From assembly GCA_964234715.1 (NCBI GenBank), contig OZ174275.1: a DNA stretch of 64,000 bases; one strand, given 5' to 3'. This DNA is from Podarcis melisellensis (lineage: Eukaryota). The notes under the pieces were generated by a model, which worked only from the letters and a program-made list of their open reading frames with translations, was not told where the DNA came from and searched no databases. Of the stretch, positions 37,917-49,775 are shown piece after piece; position 1 is the first letter of the stretch; every line of letters starts with the position of its first letter. The translations under genes and the position numbers were made by a program.

Positions 37917-39365
37917 AATTGGTGTATCATGAACATCCGAATCCATTTCTTTTCCTCCTCTGATCAGTACAATTAATTATTTGCTTAGGTCAGTTTGGGC
38001 AATGCAAGATTTAAAAAGTATTAAGCTTGATTTTAACTGCTGGTTGAGAGCACATTTTCTCCTGTGAGGGCTCTCCCCTAAACGCACTGTATTGAAACCT
38101 TTAATTGAAAGGAATGGCTGTTGTCTGTAGGTAATAGGATCTGCACAAAAGCAGAATTATGAACTTTCATTACAGGGGGAAAATGGATTACATAGTTGAT
38201 TTCAAAAGAAATGGACACTGCAGACACAGCAAGGGCAAAGCATCAATTTTAAAAGCAACCAAACTAGGTTTGGCACAAGAATTCATCTGCATTTAATTGC
38301 ATCCATTTCCTGACTAGCCTGGCTGAAGAGTTCGACTGCATTGTGAGTTCCACTGTTGGGCTAAAGAGACAAGCAGTAGAATTTTAACCCTAGGATTTCT
38401 TGCTAAGAATAATTGGATAATGACTGGTTGACTGCTTTCTGCCAGTCTCAGTGATAATGCCTGTAATGTGCCAGCGGATGTTAAAAGTTAATTTAGACAG
38501 GATTCCAGCAGCAATGACAGATGAAGAATCTGGAACTTATTGCTTTTAAAAGCTGATTGAGATGATAAAAATATGTAACAATCTAGTGTCATTCTTATGA
38601 TTTGGCACTTTTCTAGGGTATGTGTTCTATAAAATGCTAAGCCATGACTTATTCTAGGGTGTGCTTGTAAAAAAACCGCTACTGATGATACTATGAAAAC
38701 TAATAAAATATTAGTTTAATCAAATATTAGATAATCAGGAAATTATCAGTTTTCATAATAAATAAAGACTACCATTTTCATAGGGATGACTATGAATTTA
38801 GTTGTTGTCCTAAATATATAGAGCAGAGGTTGAATGAGAAATCATTTTCCTCTCTAAAACCTGTGTTGTATGTGTGGCAGGAAGTGGGGCTGAGATCCGA
38901 TTTAGAAGTGGAGCCATACATAGAAAATGGCTTCCTTCAGAAAATGGATTGCTCTAGAGCATTTTTTAAAATAAAATTTAGGCTGGAACATACCGGTAAT
39001 TTAAACTGCAATTGTGGATTGTTTTAACAACCAAACTCTTCTGGGAAACTAATAATTAAGATGAAAAAAACATTTGATCTATTTCCACGAAGTCACCCTG
39101 ATCATTATTTTTAAAAACAACAACACCAGACTGTGATACAGCAGTCTTATGTGTTTCATCTAGGAGATTATGCACATATCTTTGGAGTAATATTTCAAGT
39201 GCTTTTCATAGCAATCATCCTGTACTTGGAAATGCTGTAAACAGATTAACAAAACCAGCACTGCTCTCATTTTAAATAGTACTTAGGCTCAAAATTAGGC
39301 TTCTTGTAAGTGGTTCAACATGTTATCATTTTAATTTCTCTCAAAGTGAAAATGTCAGATGTATG

Positions 39366-39714
39366 NNNNNNNNNNNNNNNNNNNNNNNNNNNNNNNNNNN
39401 NNNNNNNNNNNNNNNNNNNNNNNNNNNNNNNNNNNNNNNNNNNNNNNNNNNNNNNNNNNNNNNNNNNNNNNNNNNNNNNNNNNNNNNNNNNNNNNNNNNN
39501 NNNNNNNNNNNNNNNNNNNNNNNNNNNNNNNNNNNNNNNNNNNNNNNNNNNNNNNNNNNNNNNNNNNNNNNNNNNNNNNNNNNNNNNNNNNNNNNNNNNN
39601 NNNNNNNNNNNNNNNNNNNNNNNNNNNNNNNNNNNNNNNNNNNNNNNNNNNNNNNNNNNNNNNNNNNNNNNNNNNNNNNNNNNNNNNNNNNNNNNNNNNN
39701 NNNNNNNNNNNNNN
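39366..39714. other. Assembly gap (N run)
   Basis: Run of N. Confidence 1.
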
Positions 39715-39816
39715 AATTCCTCTTGCCCATTTGTGTGGCAAAGTGAGACTTTTCAGAACAGCATGAAATGATTAAGGCTGCCAGGCTAATCCCACTTGTT
39801 TAGGAGTAAACCCCAT

Positions 39817-40684
39817 TGACACCAAACTGGGAGTGGTGGCTAACACCCCAGAGGACAGGATCACACTTCAAAACGACCTTGACAGATTAGAGAACTGGGC
39901 CAAAACAAACAAGATGAATTTTAACAGGGAGAAATGTAAAGTATTGCACTTGGGCAAAAAAAATGAGAGGCACAAATACAAGATGGGTGACACCTGGCTT
40001 GAGAGCAGTACATGTGAAAAGGATCTAGGAGTCTTGGTTGACCGCAAACTTGACATGAGCCAACAATGTGACGCGGCAGCTAAAAAAGCCAATGCAATTC
40101 TGGGCTGCATCAATAGGAGTATAGCATCTAGATCAAGGGAAGTAATAGTGCCACTGTATTCTGCTCTGGTCAGACCTCACCTGGAGTACTGTGTCCAGTT
40201 CTGGGCACCACAGTTCAAGAAGGACACTGACAAACTGCAACGTGTCCAGAGGAGGGCAACCAAAATGGTCAAAGGCCTGGAAACGATGCCTTATGAGGAA
40301 CAGCTAAGGGAGCTGGGCATGTTTAGCCTGGAGAAGAGGAGGTTAAGGGGTGATATGATAGCCATGTTCAAATATATAAAAGGATGTCACATAGAGGAGG
40401 GAGAAAGGTTGTTTTCTGCTGCTCCAGAGAAGCGGACACGGAGCAATGGATCCAAACTACAAGAAAGAAGATTCCACCTAAACTTTAGGAAGAACTTCCT
40501 GACAGTAAGAGCTGTTCAACAGTGGAATTTGCTGCCAAGGAGTGTGGTGGAGTCTCCTTCTTTGGAGGTCTTTAAGCAGAGGCTTGACAACCATATGTCA
40601 GGAGTGCTCTGATGGTGTTTCCTGCTTGGCAGGGGGTTGGACTCGATGGCCCTTGTGGTCTCTTCCAACTCTATGATTCTATGA
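39817..40684 (+). mobile_element. CR1 LINE, 5'-truncated, young; ORF2 C-terminal part uninterrupted (39833-40612)
   Basis: LQNDLDRLENWA...FNREKCKVLHLG...EKDLGVLVD...LYSALVRPHLEYCVQFWAP...RRLRGDMI; 3'UTR ends ttccaactctatgattctatga. Confidence 0.97.
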
Positions 40685-41498
40685 ATCCAGTAGGACTTAC
40701 TTATGAGTAAGGATCACACTGTTATGTATTCATTTACATGTGGTAAGGATCACATTTACATGTTTTGTCGATTAAAATATTTCGATCTCCCTTTTAGAGA
40801 AAATGGTCTACAAAATAGCTGGTGTCAAAATGAAGCAATTAAATCCAGCGGCCGTGGCCTCAGAAGGGTACCAGCCACCATGGTGAGATGATACAGGACA
40901 AGGGCATTCCTGCCCTTAGCTTCTAGTGCTGGGAGGTGGAATAGGAGGCAGAAAGCAGCCAGCACTACACAACCTCACATTTGCTCAGTAGACCAAGGGT
41001 CTGACTCTGAATAAGGCAACTAACTCCCTATGGTACACAAGATCCTTATAAACCCATTGCCAGGAGCGAGCCAGCAGTAAATCACACCATGACTCTTAGC
41101 AAGAACACAGTCTGCACAGGAGTGTCAGGCCCAGTAAACACAGAAACTCGTCTCTGGTAGGTCTTGCCCCCATGAAGCACTTGTTGAGACTGAAGGTCCG
41201 TGTATCATCACAGCTGCCTGTCCCCTCCTCTCCAGGGCTTGTCCTCAAGCAATTGGAGACACTGCCTGCTAACTCTCTGCCCTTTTCATGCCTCTTCTGG
41301 TTCTGGGAGACAGCGGTGGATGGGAGCTTTTCATAGCAGCAGCAGGAGACACCCCATAACTTTTCACCAATCTGACCCATATTTGCCTCCCTCCTCCTAC
41401 CTCCTGCTTCGGCTTCTGTCTCTGATTCTCTGCCACAGACTCTCCCTGCTCACTGAGCTCTGTTACATCTTCAGCTTCCAACACCTCTTCCCTGACTT

Positions 41499-42407
41499 AT
41501 ATTAATAATAATAGTAATTTATTATTTATACCCCGCCCATATGGCTGAGTTTCCCCAGCCACTCTGGGCGGCTTCCAATCGAGTGTTAAAAACAATACAC
41601 CATTAAATATTAAAAACTTCCCTAAACAGGGCTGCCTTCACATGTCTTTTAAAGATAAGATAGCTACTTATTTCCTTCACATCTGAAGGGAGGGCGTTCC
41701 ACAGGGCGGGCGCCACTACCAAGGAAGCCCTCTTGTCTGGTTCCCTGTAACCTCACTTCTCGCAATGAGGGAGCGGCCAGAAGGCCCTTGACGCTGGATC
41801 TCAGTGTCCAGGCTGAACGATGGGGGTGGAGACGCTCCTTCAGGTATACAGGACCATAGCGGTCAACCTTCCCTTTTTTGTGGGAAATTCCCTTATTTCA
41901 GCCCCATTTCCCACTGCTATCCCGGATTGTTAGATATCCCATAGACTGTCCCCAGGACAGGTGAGGCTGCTGGTCCCTTATTTTCAAATCTGAAAGTTGA
42001 CAGCTATGTACAGGACCGAGGCCATTTAGGACTTTAAAGGTCAGTACCAACACTTTGAATTCTGCTCGGAAACGTACTGGGAGCCAATGCAGATCTCTCA
42101 GGACGGGTGTTATGTGGTCCTGGTGGCCACTCCCAGTCACCAGTCTAGCTGCCGCATTCTGGATTAATTGCAGTTTCCAGGTCACCTTCAAAGGTAGCCC
42201 CACATAAAGCGCATTGCAGTAGTCCAAGCGGGTGATAACTAGAGCATGCACCACTCTGGCAAGACAATTCGCAGGCAGGTAGGGTCTCAGCCTGTGTACC
42301 AAGTGGAGGTGATAGACAGCCACCCTGGACACAGAATTATCCTCCGCCTCCATGGACAGCTGGGAGTCCAAAATGACTCCCAGGCTGCGAACCTGGTCCT
42401 TCAGGGG
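41499..42407 (-). mobile_element. L2 LINE, 5'-truncated, interrupted by a MITE
   Basis: ORF 41898-42551 contains VRSLGVILDSQLSME...VHALVITRLDYCNALYVGLPLK...LHWLPVRFRAEFK; 3' end matches 4339-4686. Confidence 0.93.
41855..42008. mobile_element. 154-bp MITE with CATAGC(T/G)GTCAAC TIRs
   Basis: 8-bp TSD tacaggac at 41847-41854 and 42009-42016. Confidence 0.92.
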
Positions 42408-44272
42408 CTTCTCCCTCTTCTCCATGTGACCACTCATTGCAGTCCCAAAACCACTTCCCAGACTGTGAGCCTTTCCCCCTTGGTTGTTCCCCAGCTGCTT
42501 CCACCATTCTGTATCCAACCAGTCCATGACACCCAAAATGTAAGCAAACACCTGTATTTAACAATAATCCAGCCAGTAAGCTGTGGTCCCCAACCTAGTG
42601 CCTGAGGGCACTATTGTACCCACAGAGACTTACCAGGCTGCCTACCAACCTCTTTAATCCTCCCCGGCCCGGTTCAAAAATTATAATGGCCACAAAGTCC
42701 TGCCATGTTGCCTGTTTAGGCCCCCGTGCAATTTTGATTGGCTGGCAGACTTGGAAACAAGGAGAGAGAATGGTCCTCTCTGCCAGTGGCTGGTGCCATT
42801 GCATCAGAAGACAGGGTGCAGTTTTAATTGGACACCACCAGCTGAGGCAAGAGGAGGCTGTGCCTGTGCTTCAATGTTAGGAGGAAAGGTAAGTAATGGT
42901 GTGTGTGTGTGTGGGGGGGTGGAATTAGAAAATGTAACAGCTGCAGTCTGGAGGGTGGGGAGAGAGAAAAAAGATGTACCAACCAGGGCCTGTTTCGGAC
43001 AGGTATGTATGAGTGATATGGGTGGGAAGAAATATGGGAATGGTGTACGTTGGCTGGCAGAGAGAGAGAGAGATTTGTCATCTATAAAATGGGTGTTTTG
43101 TCTGACATGGAGAGAAATTGGGGGTGGGAACTGCCTTCTGTGTATAGTTTGCCTGGAAGACAGAGAGAAACTTTTCTCTGTCTCCAAAACTGGTGTTTTG
43201 CATTCTGGGAAAGTGGAACAAATTTTTTTTTCTCCCCCCCCCAAAAAAATGGCTTTGTGTTTGGGGGGTCTACATAGCACCTCTGCCTAGTACTTAGAGG
43301 TGGGTGGTGGTGGTGGTTTTTTGGAGAAGATTTATAGAAATGGGTGTTCTTTGACTGAATGCACCTACCACAGCAGCCATTTTGCAAATGGACATTTCCA
43401 CATTGCAGGTATTTTGTGATCACACACACTATGTTCTCCCCAAATTCTGAATGTGCCCATAAGACCAAAAGGTTTGGGTCCCCTGTATCAAGCCACATTT
43501 CCCCATTACTGAACACATTACCTATCACAGCTATTGCATAAATCAGTTGATTTTACTATTCTCAGTTTGATTTTGACTCTACTTAATCTGTGTTTTACTT
43601 TTCTAAAAAAAAAATCTCCATATTTTGCACCCTAAGATTTGACCTTCAATTTGTAATCACATCAGTAATTTCGGAACCGTTTTTTCCCCCTTGTGGGGGG
43701 AAAAAGGAATGAATAACCAGAGAATTCAGTTTTTTAAAAAACAACACAGAAAGAGAAAACAAAGGACAGGAATGCCTTGAAGTAAAATTGCATTGATACT
43801 GATTAAAACTAAGATAGCAACATCAAAAAGGGCTGTGTAAAAAGCCAGAGTGTTTGAACACTGTGCCATTTCCCATTATCACATTATTGCAGAAACATCT
43901 GTGATAATCTCTTAATTATGCACAAAGAACAGAATTCTTTGGTTTGTACTTGGTTGGTTTTAAGCTACATCCAATTGTTTCATCCCCAGTGGGGCATAGG
44001 ACTGGCCTAGGTAGGTAGGTTGGATTAATGAATTTTAGAAGCTGGGCCTTTGTTCACATGCTCAAAACCTATTATTGGAGAAATACAGTATTACACTACA
44101 CACATCATTCACCTTCTATTATGCTTCTTTCTTTAGCAGCTACAGAGGCACTTTGTGTTGAACATAAGACCTCCTCTTATGGACTGACAGGGCTGGCTAA
44201 AACCAGTTTCCTTGCATCATTGTAAATTGCCAAAGAATCCCCTCATGAGCTGAAGTGCAGTGCATGTAAAAT

Positions 44273-44622
44273 AAAAGTAAAGGGACCCCTGACAGTTAAG
44301 TCCAGTTGCGAATGACTCTGGGGTTGTGGCGCTCATCTCACTTTACAGGCCGAGGGAGCCAGCGTTTGTCCGTAGATAGTTTTTCCAGGTCATGTGGCCA
44401 GCATGACTAAGCTGCTTCCGGCACAACGCAACACTGAAACCAGAGCAGTGCACGGAAAAGCCATTTACCTTCCCGCCAGAGCAGTACCTATTTATCTACT
44501 TGCACTTTTACATGCTTTCGAACTGCTAGGTTTGCAGGAGCAGGGACCGAGCAATGGGAGCTCACCCCGTCACAAGGATTCAAACTGCCGACCTTCTGAT
44601 TGGCAAGTCCAAGGCTCAGTGG
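44273..44622 (-). mobile_element. Sauria SINE
   Basis: gtaaagggacccctg tail and body, slightly 5'-truncated. Confidence 0.9.
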
Positions 44623-44904
44623 TACTCACCTGCAATACATTACTGTTTCTTCAGGAAAGTTAAATGGCCTGAAGTTGATTTAAAGTAAGCACTAATTTAA
44701 ATGTCCTTTGCAATTCGATAATTAAGAAAAGCTTAAATTTCCGACAATGTCATTGTAACTATATTTGCCTCGGCATTTTAATGGGTCTCTTCCCTATTGT
44801 CAAATATTCCGTCCCCACTGAGATGCTACACATGTCCCTTATGGGTGCGTGTTTATGTCTGTGTATGAAATCTTCCTAAATACCAGGAGTGTGATACCCT
44901 TTTC

Positions 44905-45000
44905 AGGCATTTTTAATATTCTGTTGGAAGCCTCCCAGAGTGGCTGGGTAAACCCAGTCTGATGGGTGGGCTATAAATAAAAAATTATGATGGTGGTGGT
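44905..45000 (+). mobile_element. L2 3' terminal fragment
   Basis: ggaagcctcccagagtggctggg...gatgggtgggctataaataaa. Confidence 0.75.
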
Positions 45001-45269
45001 GATGTGATAGAACAAGAACGTGATGGCCATTTTACTTTTTAAAAAATATTTATTTATTTATTTATTTTTAAAAGCTAACTTTTTGCTTTACCTGAAATTT
45101 TGCAGAGTTAATACATTCTTGAGGGGCTGCCACGTCTCAAAATTTCATTCACCTATGTGAAAAATACAATAGAGCTATGGCTGTTTTGATTTCCTAATGT
45201 AATTCAATGCGAGGACTGAAGATTCAGATTTTTGAATTTTGATTCAGATTCAGGGTCCAAATCAGATTG

Positions 45270-45515
45270 GGTCCCGAACTTAAATCACCTCGCCTGCCAG
45301 GGTGTGTACAAACAACCTGAGACTTCTCCTGCACAGTAGTTGCTGCTTCTTCTGGCGCTTTAAGCCCCTCCTTGTCCTTGGAGACAGTGGATGGAACGGA
45401 GGAGATCCTAAACAGCCAGACTCTCTCAGGGTCTGCTTCTTCCTCCCCTTCCTGCAACACTTCCAGCCTCTGACATCCCTGACTCTTCCTCTTCCCCAAG
45501 CCCAGACTCCTGCCT
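45270..45515 (-). mobile_element. Diverged partial relative of the LTR-like element at 41058
   Basis: Shared ggagacag(c)ggtggatgg segment; both translate to PLSPRTRRGxKR on the minus strand. Confidence 0.5.
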
Positions 45516-45549
45516 TGTGGGTGGTGAAGAGCATATTATAAACTTGATA

Positions 45550-45990
45550 CGGTGGTACCTCGGTTCTCAAACTTAATCCATTCCGGAAGTCCGTTCCAAA
45601 ATGAAGGCGCGCTTTCCCATAGAAAGTAATGGATTAATGTGTTCCAGACTTTCAAAAATAACCCCTAAAACAGCAGTTTAACATGAATTTAACTATCTAA
45701 TGAGACCATTGATCCATAAAATGAAAGCAATAGACAGTGTACTGCAGCCACACAATCAATCAGTAGCTGAACTAGCTTCGACACAGTCACACACAAACAC
45801 ACACATAAGCCGCAGAAACAAAAACGCAAAATGAATAGCAAAAACAGATAGACCTCAGTCTAACACTCAAAACGGAGCACATTCGGCTTCCGAAAAATAT
45901 TCGCAAACCAAAACACTTACTTCTGGGTTTGCAGTGTTTGGGTTCCAAGTTGTTCAAATACCAAGGCGTTTGAGAACCAAAGCAGCACTG
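45550..45990. mobile_element. Tigger-like non-autonomous element (~440 bp)
   Basis: TA|cggtggtacctcggttctcaaac...gtttgagaaccaaagcagcactg|TA. Confidence 0.85.
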
Positions 45991-47661
45991 TAGGTATGTG
46001 TTGTCAATGGAAGACCTACAGTATCTAAGACATTTCAGTGCCTAAAGCAGGAGTAGAGTTGCTTGAGAATTCAGTCTTTTGAGTATTCCAGTATGAAGTG
46101 ACCTGGTATGCACCTTTAGGGCTAATGTATGTACAACAGAAGTCAGGGATGTGTGCTATGATTTATCCATTGGCTTTCACAATTCGGTGATGTTACCATG
46201 CAGCTCTTGGTTCTAAGCAGATACTAAAACACATTTAAAGGCGTCTATATTGAGAGAAGATGCATGCAGAAATGCACAATTTGAGATAAAGCATGTCTAA
46301 AAATGCATATTTAAATCAATATTGAAGCTTGACGCTGCTTACCCCCTTTTCAGCCTTCAACGAAATGAATATTCAGGGAGATCCAGCTGCAGCAGATCAG
46401 TTTGATTCCTAAAACTGCCTGGAATGAGGCGCTTCGGGTTCTGGGGAGAAGGGACAACAAAATTTGCTGATTTGAAATGGACTTCCATGGAGAGCAGCCA
46501 TGCTTTCTAGTTTGATAACCATAGGCCAGGCAAGGAGACAAAATAAGAAAGCAGGGCATTTTAAACCTGAACCACATCAGAACTAGTGCCATCTAGTTGG
46601 ATGGTGATAATGAGCCAGGAATGTGCTGGAACATGCTTTTTATTTATTTATTTTTTTTTTAGGACAGCTGTGTAGAGAGCAGTCAGCCTAAGCAGTCAAT
46701 TTGACAGAGATCTAACCAGCAGCATCCAGGAGCGTGTGACTTGCAAATGATTTAAAACAGAAGGGAGATAAGAGAGAAATGTGTCTGCTTTCTGAATTTG
46801 AACCCCAGCGCTGAAAATTTATTCCCCTCAGCCCCCCAGCTTGGATTGGTAGCAACGTGTTTCCCTAGTCGTCAAAGGATTTATGTGAATGATAAGATGT
46901 TTTCATTGCCATCAGCATGTCTCCAGGGCTGCTATGAGACTGGGAGATCTCATCATTTCATGCTATGCACTGAGGTGGGGAGGGGGTGAATTCACATTCT
47001 TCATTGTAGCTCAGCTATACACCTGCAATATCCAAAGGCTGAAATATTGCTTTTTTTATTTCTTGGTTGTCTGCTTTCCTCAGCTCTGCTTGATGTACAC
47101 TGCCTGAGCTCAGTGCCATCTCCTTTCCACAAAATAAGAATAATAAAATACGCACCAAAAATATTCTGTAGAGATATGATGAACTTTCCACTGTTTAGTA
47201 TGATACGTCTAAAGCACTGTAGATGCTAAGTACCGTACTGAGAGAGGCTTGCAGTGCAATGTCTGGGTGCATTTCCCTTATTTAAAAAATGATCTGCTTC
47301 CATTTAATCACCACCAATTTCTGAAGCAAGCATAGAGCATCAAAGCTAAACAGAGCCCTTTCATCAGCTTTCTTAAATTTCCAAGTTAAAGAAAACTTTG
47401 CATCATTATCACCCAGTTTTGCATATGTTCATATAAAGCAACAAAAGCTTCCAGGAAATGTAAGATATTAAAAAAAAAGACAAGAAATCCAGCTCTGCAG
47501 TTATATCACACACAAAAATAAAACCACAGTTGGCCACCATTTGATCATGCGCTTATACAAGTGTATATGGAAGCCATCTGGCCTATGCAACCTTTGGTTT
47601 GATTATAATAAATGTGTCAGGTTTGCGATTCTGGTCTGAGATTGCTGCATTATTACACACT

Positions 47662-47893
47662 GAAGAAGAGTTTGGATTTGATATCCCACTTTATCAGTAT
47701 CCGAAGGAGTCTCAAAGCAGCTAACATTCTCCTTTCCCTTCCTCCCCCACAACAAACACTCTGTGAGGTGAGTGGGGCTGAGAGACTTCAGAAAAGTGTG
47801 ACTGGCCCAAGGTCACCCAGCAGCTGCATGTGGAGGAGCGGAGACGTGAACCCAGTTCACCAGATTACAAGTCCACTGCTCTTAATCACTACA
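47662..47893 (-). mobile_element. Squam3-like CORE SINE with (CTT)n tail
   Basis: gaagaagagtttggatttgatatccc...cccaaggtcacccagc...ctcttaatcactac. Confidence 0.8.
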
Positions 47894-47968
47894 GAATAAC
47901 AACTGTGCTTCCTTTCCTTTGGCAAATGCTACCATTGAAACTTTTAGATTAGTTGGTAACTGGCTCTA

Positions 47969-48195
47969 GAGAGCCAGTGTGGTGTAATGGTTAGATTGTT
48001 CAACCAGGAGCTGGGAGAGCAGGGTTCAAATCTCCACTCAGCCTTGAAGATGACCGGGATACCTTGGGCCAGTCTCCATCTCTTAGTCTAACCTACCTCA
48101 CAGGGTTGTTGTGAGGGTGAAATGGGGAGGTGGAGAATCATATACACCACCATGAGATCATTGAAATATAAAGGTATATAAATGTAATAAATAAA
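47969..48195 (+). mobile_element. Squam3-like CORE SINE, full length
   Basis: gagagccagtgtggtgtaatggttag (A box), ggttcaaatc (B box), CORE acctacctcacagggttgttgtgagg, AATAAA-type tail. Confidence 0.85.
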
Positions 48196-49697
48196 ATTTC
48201 TGGTTGGTTGATTTCAGTGTACCAACCAGAGGTAATTCCCTGGCTAACACTGCTAAAAAAAAAGTTATCAGCTATCAGTTGTTATATTTGCTCTAGAACC
48301 CTGTAAATGTATTGTTTTATCCACCCAACCACACAGGACAAGGTTTCTTGCTACCAATATGCCTTCTTCCCCCTCCTCATATATGTCTGCATCAGAAACA
48401 CATGGCTTTTTGGAATTGCAACACAGCCAGAATTTTGTGCCACACTTTGTAGGCTTATATGGCATATACTGTCTCAGACAACATCCTCCAAATGGCACTA
48501 ATTATCCAACAGCTTTACTATTCTCATATGACACAAAGCACTGTGGGAAAGGAAACATATATACCAGACCAATGACATCTTTTGGATACTTAATGAGACA
48601 AAGGTCCTTCACTGAGAAGCAAAATTTATCTGAAATTTGCAAAATACTCTTACAAGCAACTATGGGCTCCTTAGATTCTCTTACAGATAACTGGGGAAAT
48701 GATTCAGGTGTAAACTGCAGATCCAGCAAAATCGAGTAAAATTTAGGATGCTATACCATTCAGCTCATTATCAGTCTGTATATTTCATATTTCACTTTGT
48801 ATACCGCCTTTCTATATTACTGAACACAAGACGCTTTACAACAACAAAATAACAAAGATCATATACCTTATAATAATCTGATCCAATGCAAAAAGTCATA
48901 ATAAAAACATAGCTTTAAAACAACCAACTTAGATCAAATAATATTCAACAACCCATTAGAAAAGTACAGTAAAAATTAACTCTCCTAATATCAGCAAATT
49001 AAAAAAACCCCAGAAATTCGCTCTTAGCCATTACAACAAATAATTACTAAACTATAATCAATAAAAATAACGGCAAGTTACAAAGACATAAAATACAACA
49101 ATGCATACAAAACCATGTAAAAGGGTCAAATTAAGAAACAGACTCACAGCTTACAAAATTATCGATAGTATCTATTCCTGCCTTCTGCCCCCTTAGTGGC
49201 TTACCAGATTATTGTGGGAAGCCCACAGGCAGGAAATGGGGCGGATCACCCTGCTCTGCTGGCAGGTGGTATTCAGATCCACTTTACCTCTGGTACTAGA
49301 AGTAGTACACATTCATTCTACATATTAGCCACCAACAGAGTTCCTTTAAATTAACTCCCAGGTGTGATTCCCCACAGCCTCAGCAGATTTTCAAGTAATT
49401 AACAGCCCATTGCAGAGGAGAGGTATGTGGGAAGATTGGTACCTTTTGCCATTTGTACTTGCAGTACCATGCAAAAATGAAATAATTTGGGAAGAGTGCA
49501 TTTTACAAACTGGGCTGTCCTTGTGCCTGGATCCTAGAATGGCACTTATTTCTGTATTTGACGAGGTGGAGAATGATCTTTGGGGGGGGGGGATAATCAA
49601 TTAGCAGCAAGAATGACAATTGCTAGAAGATGGAAGGAATTAGGTGATAATTTAAAATCAGTGTGGTATCAACAGCTATAGCCTACCGCATTAAAGC

Positions 49698-49702
<5 letters not shown>

Positions 49703-49772
<70 letters not shown>
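49703..49772. repeat. Compound (CT)n(CA)n microsatellite
   Basis: Direct observation. Confidence 0.95.

Positions 49773-49775
<3 letters not shown>

Larger units (their letters stand above)
41058..42531 (-). mobile_element. Solo LTR-like element (~565 bp) split by an L2 insertion
   Basis: Termini tgcca...tgaca; flanks cccat / cccaa (imperfect 5-bp TSD); pieces 41058-41498 and 42408-42531; relative at 45270-45515. Confidence 0.6.

Noticed and set aside
39310-39771. ORFs spanning the second N run
   Set aside because: Gap artefacts.
39833-40612. 259-aa ORF as a host gene
   Set aside because: It is the C-terminal part of CR1 ORF2, 5'-truncated, with the CR1 3' tail.
41898-42551. 217-aa ORF as a novel gene
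   Set aside because: Chance read-through of LTR, L2 ORF2 and MITE sequence.
42751-43528. Overlapping 148-179 aa ORFs
   Set aside because: Low-complexity purine-rich and GT-rich sequence; no domain or splice support.
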